A DNA stretch of 64,000 nt from an uncultured Bacteroidales bacterium (GTDB lineage Bacteria > Bacteroidota > Bacteroidia > Bacteroidales > UBA7960), in contig CAZRNU010000001.1 in the NCBI GenBank assembly GCA_964601515.1, positions 9,534 to 73,533 of the forward strand, read 5' to 3'. Of this stretch, positions 57,170-64,000 are shown piece by piece; the stretch's first letter is position 1; each line of letters opens with the position of its first letter. The notes below the pieces were generated by a model. That model saw only the letters and a list, made by a program, of their open reading frames with translations, ran no database searches and was not told the DNA's origin. The translations under genes and the position numbers were made by a program.

Positions 57170-57880
57170 TTTCAACTCCCTCAAATACATCTGAATTGTA
57201 TTCTCTAAACCGAAATACAAGGCATCGCTAATCAATGCATGTCCAATAGAAACTTCTAAAAGATTTGGTATGTTTTGTGCAAAATATTTAAGGTTTTCAA
57301 GGCTAAGGTCGTGTCCTGCATTTATTCCTAATTGTGCATCATTTGCTGCTTTTGCTGCTTCAATAAATGGGGCAATAGCTTTTTCTCTCCCAGATGGGTA
57401 ATCTGCTGCATATGGCTCGGTATATAATTCAATTCTGTCTGTACCTATTTCAGCAGCCTTAAAAATAAATTCAGGTTTTGTTTCAATAAAAATGGAAGTA
57501 CGTATCCCAAGATTTTTAAGTTCAGCAATTACGTCAGTTAAGAAGTCTTTATGCTTTATGGTGTCCCATCCTGCATTTGAAGTAAGTGCATTGGGTGGGT
57601 CCGGAACAAGAGTTGCCTGTGCCGGTTTTATTTCAGCAAGCATATTTAAGAATTTTCTCGTCGGATAACCTTCAATATTAAATTCAGTGCTAACTACCTT
57701 TTTAAGATCATATACATCTTGTAATCTGATATGCCTCTCGTCCGGTCTAGGATGTACTGTAATTCCCTGCGCACCGAATCTTTCACAGTCAATAGCTGCT
57801 TTTACCACATTTGGAATATTACCGCCTCTTGCATTTCGTATTGTAGCAATCTTATTAATGTTAACGCTTAATCTAGTCAT
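57167..57880 (-). CDS. pdxJ: pyridoxine 5'-phosphate synthase
   Basis: 237-aa [44 protein letters not shown] and NAGHDL are all canonical PdxJ motifs. Confidence 0.93.
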   Translation of the reverse strand: MTRLSVNINKIATIRNARGGNIPNVVKAAIDCERFGAQGITVHPRPDERHIRLQDVYDLKKVVSTEFNIEGYPTRKFLNMLAEIKPAQATLVPDPPNALTSNAGWDTIKHKDFLTDVIAELKNLGIRTSIFIETKPEFIFKAAEIGTDRIELYTEPYAADYPSGREKAIAPFIEAAKAANDAQLGINAGHDLSLENLKYFAQNIPNLLEVSIGHALISDALYFGLENTIQMYLRELK

Positions 57881-57893
57881 AGTTTTTTTATTG

Positions 57894-57901
57894 CAAAGCT
57901 A
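57894..57901 (-). promoter_or_regulatory. -7 promoter box for pdxJ
   Basis: The minus strand reads TAGCTTTG, 14 nt upstream of the ATG at 57880. Confidence 0.4.
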
Positions 57902-57979
57902 AGCAAAATGGGAGAGTAAAGCTTTGTATTTTAGATATTTTACAATTTAAAAAAATCTAATCCGTTTCTGATTTATGAG

Positions 57980-57987
57980 TATTTTTG
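57980..57987 (+). promoter_or_regulatory. -7 promoter box for the CBS-domain gene
   Basis: TATTTTTG lies 31 nt upstream of the ATG at 58018. The ORF-track TTG start (57985) lies inside this box and is therefore unlikely. Confidence 0.4.
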
Positions 57988-58017
57988 TTAAATAAAAATT
58001 ACACAATTTCAGGCAAT

Positions 58018-58683
58018 ATGCAAGCTAAAGATTTATTGACTGACAATATTGTTACGCTTAAAACATCAGATAAGGCTGAAACGGCTTTGTCTCTAATGGA
58101 AGAGCTAAGAGTATCTCATTTGCCAATTGTTAATAATGAGGTTTTTTTAGGGCTCATCTCCGATGATGATATTTACGAAATTAATGACATGGAATTGCCA
58201 ATAGGCAATCATACTTTATCTCTAAATAAACCATACGTACATCTTAATCATCATATTTTTGATGTTATTAGGCTTGTAGCCGAGCAATCGCTTACTCTTG
58301 TTCCTGTGCTTGACAACAAAAGCAATTATCTTGGATGCATTACTCTGGAAACTTTGGTTGATAATTTTGTAAAAATAACAAGTGTTAATCACCCGGGAGG
58401 AATAATTGTGCTTGAAGTTAATACACACGCATACTCTCTAAGTCAAATCGCCGGAATAGTGGAAGCAAATGACGCTAAAGTATTGTGCTCTTATTTGTCA
58501 ACTTTCGAGGATAGTAATAAACTGGAGGTTACTATTAAAGTTAATAAGATAGATATATCAGGCATTATTCAAACTTTCAACCGATATGATTATATTATTA
58601 AAGGGTTCTATTCAGAAGAGAGCCGATATGGTGATTTGCTTGATGATAGATTCCAGTCGCTTATGAATTGGTTGAATATATAA
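58018..58683 (+). CDS. CBS domain-containing protein
   Basis: A CBS pair is present (LMEELRVSHLPIVNNEVFLGLISDDDI and AEQSLTLVPVLDNKSNYLGCITLETL), followed by a ~90-aa C-terminal domain. Confidence 0.8.
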   Translation: MQAKDLLTDNIVTLKTSDKAETALSLMEELRVSHLPIVNNEVFLGLISDDDIYEINDMELPIGNHTLSLNKPYVHLNHHIFDVIRLVAEQSLTLVPVLDNKSNYLGCITLETLVDNFVKITSVNHPGGIIVLEVNTHAYSLSQIAGIVEANDAKVLCSYLSTFEDSNKLEVTIKVNKIDISGIIQTFNRYDYIIKGFYSEESRYGDLLDDRFQSLMNWLNI

Positions 58684-58716
58684 GGGGGTAAGGTATAAGG
58701 GTATAAGGTAATAGGG
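58684..58716 (+). repeat. solo GGTATAAG-type array immediately after the CBS gene stop
   Basis: GGGGGTAAGGTATAAGGGTATAAGGTAATAGGG has the same unit family as 24269-24323 and 56575-56652. Confidence 0.8.
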
Positions 58717-58740
58717 TTTTTCTATAATAATATACGAATA

Positions 58741-60201
58741 GTGAGAGTTCGGTTCGAAATTTTGTTTTTTGCATTTTTGTTATTTCTCCCATTTTGGTGT
58801 ATTTCAAACATTATTGAATCAGCTTCCGCCGGAGTAAAAATTAATTATTTATATAAAACAGAAGAAACTCCTTTGCAGTACATTGTTATTGAAGATATTT
58901 TGTTGGATGGAAATACTATTACCAAGTCCCACATTATAAAAAGAGAATTACTTTTCAACGAGGGAGATACTATTTCAGTGTCTGAGTTTGAAAAAGTTCT
59001 GGCAGGTAGTCGTGAAAATCTTCTCAATACTTCTCTGTTTAATTTCGTTGAATTTACTGCCAACCTTCATCCAAACAATGGATCAACAATAAATATTCTC
59101 TTCGTAGAAAGATGGTATTTGTGGCCGTTCCCAACTCTAGATATACACGAAAGAAACATTAACTCATGGATGGAATCTCCCGATTTTGCAAGGGTTAGCT
59201 ATGGCTTTTATTTAGTGTTTGAAAACTTCAGAGGAAGAAAAGAACGATTAAGATTTAATTTAAGAGCCGGATATAATCAGAGATATGCTTTCTCTTATAC
59301 TATCCCATACATCAACAATAAGCAAACAATTGGAATGTCGTTATCTGCAGGATATGTGCGTGCAAAGGAAATTAATTTTATAACAATCGACAATAAACAG
59401 ATTTTTTTTAAGAATCCACTAGATTTTGTAAGAACAGATATTTATGCTCAGGCAAATTTTACATATAGAAAAAACTTCTATCATACTCATAAACTTAATG
59501 TCAGGTATAATAATGTTGATTTTGCTGATACTGTGCAGTTGCTAAATCCACTGTTCATAAATTCAGACAACTCTCATATTCAATATTTTACATTAAAGTA
59601 TGAGTATATATCAGATTTCAGAGACCTCAAAGCATACCCACTAAATGGATACTTTAATAAATTATCAGTAACTCAACATGGTTTTAATATTTTTAATAAT
59701 GACATCACACCATTGTTGGCAGTTGAAAACTCTTATCGCAGGTACTTAGCATTAAGCCCAAGGTGGTTTTTTGCTGCAGGGATAAATACAAAAATCTCTT
59801 TTTCTGAAAAGTATCCATACTTTATTGAAAGAGGACTTGGGTTTAACGACAATTTTGTTAGAGGATATGAAAATTATATTGTTGATGCACAGCATTTTGG
59901 GGTGTTGAAAACTAATCTTAAGTATAATATTCTACCACAAAGAGTTAAAAGAATTAGTTTTATTACAAATGAAAAATTCGGGCTTATGCATTATGCAATA
60001 TTTATTAATGCCTTTGCTGATATTGGCTATGCCTATGATAATGTATTCTTCGACAGAAATCCTTATAGTAACGAATTCCTTGGCGGTGTTGGACTAGGTG
60101 TTGATTTTGTGACCTACTATGATAAAGTTTTTAGAACTGAATTTACAATAAATCGCCACGGCAAGCCCGGATTGTATTTCCATATTGTTGCCCCAATTTA
60201 A
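58741..60201 (+). CDS. Omp85/BamA-family outer membrane protein (single POTRA + beta-barrel)
   Basis: 486-aa ORF with a GTG start. It has a POTRA-like segment (IEDILLDGNTITKSHIIKRELLFNEGDTIS) and a long alternating-strand region, and ends in an aromatic-rich beta-signal-like tail (GLYFHIVAPI). Confidence 0.7.
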   Translation: MRVRFEILFFAFLLFLPFWCISNIIESASAGVKINYLYKTEETPLQYIVIEDILLDGNTITKSHIIKRELLFNEGDTISVSEFEKVLAGSRENLLNTSLFNFVEFTANLHPNNGSTINILFVERWYLWPFPTLDIHERNINSWMESPDFARVSYGFYLVFENFRGRKERLRFNLRAGYNQRYAFSYTIPYINNKQTIGMSLSAGYVRAKEINFITIDNKQIFFKNPLDFVRTDIYAQANFTYRKNFYHTHKLNVRYNNVDFADTVQLLNPLFINSDNSHIQYFTLKYEYISDFRDLKAYPLNGYFNKLSVTQHGFNIFNNDITPLLAVENSYRRYLALSPRWFFAAGINTKISFSEKYPYFIERGLGFNDNFVRGYENYIVDAQHFGVLKTNLKYNILPQRVKRISFITNEKFGLMHYAIFINAFADIGYAYDNVFFDRNPYSNEFLGGVGLGVDFVTYYDKVFRTEFTINRHGKPGLYFHIVAPI

Positions 60202-60392
60202 GCGGATTAAAGATTGAAGATTATAAGGTTTCGGTTAAATTACCAGGATTTTTTATAACTCTTTTAGAAAGTATTTGCTTCTTATTATTCTTCAAAACAA
60301 AAAAATCCCTTAATTTTAAACTTCATTTTCAGGTAACGGAAAATACCTGCAATATTTTGGAACTAAAGGATTATTAACGAAATTATTTTCTA

Positions 60393-61754
60393 ATGAAAAC
60401 AAAACCCACTCTAAGTTTTTGGCAGATATGGAATCTCAGTTTTGGATTTCTTGGAGTTCAGTTTGGATTTGCTTTGCAAAATGCAAATGCAAGCAGGATT
60501 TTAACCAGTCTTGGAGCTGACCCCCACTCTCTTTCTCTTTTTTGGTTAGTAGCTCCTGTTATGGGGCTTCTTGTTCAGCCGGTTGTAGGCGCGGCAAGTG
60601 ACAGAACATGGAACCGCCTTGGCAGAAGGTCTCCTTACATTTTTATCGGAGCCCTAATATCTATGATTGCAATGTTTTTTATGCCAAATGCTCCATTGGT
60701 TATAAAAGCCGGTGGCGCAGCTGCTCTTGCTTTTGGTGTAATCATGCTTGCTTTAATGGATGGTGCTTTTAATGTCACATTCCAACCTTTCAGGGCTTTG
60801 GTTGCCGACATGACTCCTGACCAGCAAAGAAATTTGGGATATTCAGTGCAAAGCTTTTTAATTAATGTCGGTGCTGTTATTGGCTCTGCACTTCCATTTA
60901 TCCTCACAGCTTCAGGAGTAGCAAATGAAGCCGAAGCCGGGAAAGTTGCACCTTCGGTAATCTGGTCCTTCTATATTGGTGGTTCTCTTTTGCTTCTGAG
61001 TGTTTTGGTTACAGTATTTAAAACCAAGGAGTATCCTCCAAAAGAATTCGAAGAGTATAATAATATTACAGAGGAAGATAAATCTAAGAAAGAGGGCTTT
61101 TTCAAGCTGCTTAGAAATATGCCGGTAACTATGCGGCAACTTGCTATTGTTCAGTTCTTTTCTTGGTTTTCGCTGTTTTTAATGTGGGTTTATTCTACAA
61201 CAGCATTCTCCCAACATTACTTCGGAGTTCCTGTTGGATATAATCCGGAAACTAACACAGATGATACCATCAGATTAGCTTTTGAAAAAGCCGGAAACTG
61301 GGTTGGGATATGCTTTGCTGCATACAGCCTGGTAGCCGCTGTTTTTTCAGTTCTTATGACTAAGTTCATAAACATGTCGAGCAGAAAAACTGTTTACGCA
61401 TTTGCTCTTTTTATTGGTGGTCTTGGATATATTTCCACAATGCTGTTCACAAACCAATATATGCTTCTGATTTCTATGGTTGGAATAGGAATAGCATGGG
61501 CAGGAATACTGGCTCTTCCTTACGCAATACTATCTGGAACATTACCGGCCAAAAGAATTGGAATTTATATGGGGCTATTTAACTTAACGGTAGTAGTACC
61601 TCAGATTCTCAGCGGTTTGATAGGTGGATCTATTCTAAAATATCTCTTTAACGGACATGCAATTTATATTCTGGTTTTTGCCGGTGTTTGTATGATTATT
61701 GGGGGCTTGTTTGTTTATCGCGTTAAGGATAATCCCGTTGACGTTAAAGAATAA
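60393..61754 (+). CDS. MFS transporter, GPH/SLC45-like sugar:cation symporter
   Basis: 453-aa ORF with 12 TM segments. GAASDRTWNRLGRRSPYIFIGA is the characteristic loop 2-3 motif of sucrose/maltose-type SLC45/GPH carriers. It is adjacent to malQ. Confidence 0.8.
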   Translation: MKTKPTLSFWQIWNLSFGFLGVQFGFALQNANASRILTSLGADPHSLSLFWLVAPVMGLLVQPVVGAASDRTWNRLGRRSPYIFIGALISMIAMFFMPNAPLVIKAGGAAALAFGVIMLALMDGAFNVTFQPFRALVADMTPDQQRNLGYSVQSFLINVGAVIGSALPFILTASGVANEAEAGKVAPSVIWSFYIGGSLLLLSVLVTVFKTKEYPPKEFEEYNNITEEDKSKKEGFFKLLRNMPVTMRQLAIVQFFSWFSLFLMWVYSTTAFSQHYFGVPVGYNPETNTDDTIRLAFEKAGNWVGICFAAYSLVAAVFSVLMTKFINMSSRKTVYAFALFIGGLGYISTMLFTNQYMLLISMVGIGIAWAGILALPYAILSGTLPAKRIGIYMGLFNLTVVVPQILSGLIGGSILKYLFNGHAIYILVFAGVCMIIGGLFVYRVKDNPVDVKE

Positions 61755-61779
61755 AACCGGCAATATGCTTTATAAACTT

Positions 61780-61816
61780 TTGCACAGATGATAAAAGTCT
61801 GTGCAAGGTTTTATTT
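61780..61816 (+). terminator. rho-independent terminator after the MFS gene
   Basis: TTGCACAGA (61780-61788) pairs with TCTGTGCAA (61798-61806) as a 9-bp stem around a 9-nt loop, followed by GGTTTTATTT. Confidence 0.5.
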
Positions 61817-61852
61817 ATAATTGGAAAATAAGGATAATTAAAATTTAAAAAA

Positions 61853-63343
61853 ATGAAAACAGAACGTTCAAGTGGAATCTTATTGCATATTACATCTTTA
61901 CCGGGGAATTATGGCATTGGTACTATGGGTAAAGAAGCATATGAATTTGTAGATTTTTTGGTAGAAAGTGGTCAAAAATTGTGGCAGATATTACCTCTGG
62001 GTCATACAGGATACGGCGATTCTCCATATCAATGCTTTTCTGCTTTTGCCGGAAATCCATCACTAATAGACCTTGACAAACTAGTTGAAAATAATCTTCT
62101 TAACACAACTGATTTGCCTTCAAAAATTGAATTTAATGATGATGAAGTGGATTTTGGGCTTATTTATAACTATAAGAGAGATGTTCTGAAAGATTCTTTC
62201 AATAAGTTTAATGAAAACAATTGCAAGGTTACTAAAATAAGATTTAAAAATTTCTGCAATAACAATAAAAAATGGCTAAACGACTATGCCTTTTTTATGG
62301 CTTTGAAAGATTATTATCATGGAAAGCCATGGTCGGAGTGGTCTCATGATATAAAGTTAAGACACCAGCATGCAGTTGACAAGTACAAACATGACCTTAA
62401 AGAGCAGATTGAATATTATAAATACATTCAGTTTTTGTTTTACTGGCAATGGCTTGAGCTTAAATCATATGCTAACCTGAATGATATAAAAGTTATCGGA
62501 GATATCCCTCTTTATGTTGCATTTGATAGTGCTGATGCATGGGCAAATCCTGAAATATTTGATTTTGACGGTGATATGAACCCCAAAACTGTAGCAGGTG
62601 TGCCACCGGATTACTTCAGCGCAACCGGACAGCTTTGGGGAAACCCAATTTATAACTGGGAAAAACTTTCCGAAACAGGTTTTAAGTGGTGGATAGACAG
62701 AATTGAAGCAAATTTCAGATTGTATGATATTCTGAGAATAGATCATTTTCGTGGACTAGCTGCATATTGGGCAGTTCCATTCGGTCATAAAACCGCTGAA
62801 AAAGGAGAATGGAAACCTGCTATGGGAAAAGAAATGATGGATGCGGTTTATGCTGCTCTCGGTAATTTACCAATCATTGCAGAAGATCTCGGTGTTATAA
62901 CTCCTGATGTTGAAGCTCTAAGAGATGGGTTTGAACTTCCGGGAATGAAAATTCTTCAGTTTGCATTCGATACAGGCGAAGATAATGATTTCATACCTCA
63001 CTCTTATGTTAAAAACTGCGTGGTTTATACAGGCACACACGACAATGATACTACTTTAGGTAGATATATCGAAAGCACTGAGGAAGAAAAACAATTGATG
63101 AGAGATTATTTCCGTATTGATGAATCTGATCCTGCATGGTCGTTTATAAGACTAGCATGGTCAACAGTAGCAAATATTGCAATTGCTCCTTTACAGGATA
63201 TCTTAAGACTAGATACATCTGCAAGATTTAACTTCCCCGGAAAAGCTTCAGGATACTGGAAGTGGAGATATAAAAAGGGACAACTTACATCTAAACATGC
63301 AGATGATTTACTGAAATTGACGGAGGTGTTTGGTAGAAGATAA
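61853..63343 (+). CDS. malQ: 4-alpha-glucanotransferase (amylomaltase, GH77)
   Basis: 496-aa ORF. SSGILLHITSLPG, GDSPYQCFSAFAGNP, RIDHFRG, IAEDLG and YTGTHDN are canonical GH77 motifs. Confidence 0.93.
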   Translation: MKTERSSGILLHITSLPGNYGIGTMGKEAYEFVDFLVESGQKLWQILPLGHTGYGDSPYQCFSAFAGNPSLIDLDKLVENNLLNTTDLPSKIEFNDDEVDFGLIYNYKRDVLKDSFNKFNENNCKVTKIRFKNFCNNNKKWLNDYAFFMALKDYYHGKPWSEWSHDIKLRHQHAVDKYKHDLKEQIEYYKYIQFLFYWQWLELKSYANLNDIKVIGDIPLYVAFDSADAWANPEIFDFDGDMNPKTVAGVPPDYFSATGQLWGNPIYNWEKLSETGFKWWIDRIEANFRLYDILRIDHFRGLAAYWAVPFGHKTAEKGEWKPAMGKEMMDAVYAALGNLPIIAEDLGVITPDVEALRDGFELPGMKILQFAFDTGEDNDFIPHSYVKNCVVYTGTHDNDTTLGRYIESTEEEKQLMRDYFRIDESDPAWSFIRLAWSTVANIAIAPLQDILRLDTSARFNFPGKASGYWKWRYKKGQLTSKHADDLLKLTEVFGRR

Positions 63344-63350
63344 AAGATTT

Positions 63351-63382
63351 AACCACAAAGTACGCAGAGATGTTACACAGAG
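63351..63382 (+). repeat. left inverted repeat bracketing the GxxExxY cassette
   Basis: AACCACAAAGTACGCAGAGATGTTACACAGAG matches the reverse complement of 63931-63962 (AACCACAAAGTACACAGAGATGTTACACAAAG) at 30 of 32 positions. Confidence 0.9.
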
Positions 63383-63464
63383 AGCACAGAGAAGAGAAAT
63401 GTGGCTTTGTTAGTTTAAGATTAGTATTAGATGTTGGATAATTTATTGACTAATTAAATCTACT

Positions 63465-63850
63465 ATGAATTTGACTGAGAATGAATTAGCCGGAAAAATC
63501 ATAGGTCTGGCAATAGATGTTCATAAATCTTTAGGACCTGGCCTTCTTGAAAGTGCATATAAAGAATGTTTATTTTATAAGATATCTCAGGCCGGATTAC
63601 TTGTGGAGAAAGAAAAGGCCATGCCTTTAGTTTTGAAGAGGTTAAACTGGATTGTGGGTATCGGTTGGATTTATTGGTTGAAAAGAAAGTAGTTGTTGAA
63701 ATTAAAAGTGTTGAAAGCCTCAATGATATTCATCTTGCACAGACATTGACATACTTAAAATTAGGAAACTATAAACTTGGTTTATTAATAAACTTTAATG
63801 TTGTACTGCTGAAGGCTGGTATTAAAAGGGTTATTAATGGATCTTTGTGA
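63465..63850 (+). pseudogene. GxxExxY protein (PD-(D/E)XK-like family), disrupted by a 1-nt frameshift
   Basis: ORF 63465-63692 gives the N-terminal half (AIDVHKSLGPGLLESAYKECL carries G-x-x-E-x-x-Y). The +1 frame continues as FEEVKLDCGYRLDLLVEKKVVVEIKSVESL...LINFN to 63850. The frames rejoin if one T is added to the T4 run at ~63630-63634 (GTTTTG). Confidence 0.8.
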
Positions 63851-63930
63851 TTTTGGTAATAGAATATTGAAATATAATGAGCTGTAAATCATTATGAATA
63901 AACTTCAATATAAAGAGACTGCTCAGTGAA

Positions 63931-63962
63931 CTTTGTGTAACATCTCTGTGTACTTTGTGGTT
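63931..63962 (-). repeat. right inverted repeat bracketing the GxxExxY cassette
   Basis: CTTTGTGTAACATCTCTGTGTACTTTGTGGTT is the reverse complement partner of 63351-63382. Confidence 0.9.
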
Positions 63963-64000
63963 AAAAAAAAGAATATGAAAAAAGTATGATTAATCAGTTC

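Noticed and set aside
1-64000. Search for tRNA, rRNA, tmRNA, riboswitch-like or transposase/integrase sequences in all intergenic regions longer than 80 bp.
   Set aside because: I saw no cloverleaf-compatible sequence with a GTTCRANNC T-loop, no rRNA-like conserved blocks and no recombinase motifs. This absence cannot be proven without covariance-model searches.

Overview
This is a low-GC (roughly mid-30s % by eye) chromosomal segment from a member of the Bacteroidota. The phylum call rests on TAnnTTTG promoter boxes, T9SS C-terminal sorting domains and gingipain-family peptidases. About 45 genes can be supported. Most are housekeeping: rbfA, pheT, asd, glyQS, a polyprenyl synthase, purN, acpP-fabF-rnc, mazG, pdxJ and malQ. 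I recognised no rRNA, tRNA, CRISPR array, transposase or integrase. Four things stand out. (1) A 1685-aa single ORF fuses an SLC12/CCC-type cation-chloride cotransporter to a ~650-aa helical linker and a C-terminal ORC/Cdc6-like P-loop ATPase with a winged helix. Its stop overlaps the start of an MscS-like channel gene (ATGA), and it is divergent from a CPA-type antiporter gene. (2) Two tandem giant (1838 and 1800 aa) T9SS-secreted C25 peptidases carry paired CUB-like domains. They share a 1201-bp stretch that is 100% identical at nucleotide level, with sharp boundaries. (3) Two small 'intervening-sequence-type' gene cassettes are each bracketed by inverted repeats: a four-helix-bundle protein and a frameshifted GxxExxY protein. 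One cassette's arms are G-quadruplex-capable GGGGTATA tandem arrays, and solo copies of such arrays sit directly after other stop codons. (4) A family of AGAGACGCC..GGCGTCTCT hairpins lies at two gene 3' ends. All functional names come from motif recognition by eye; no database search was possible.
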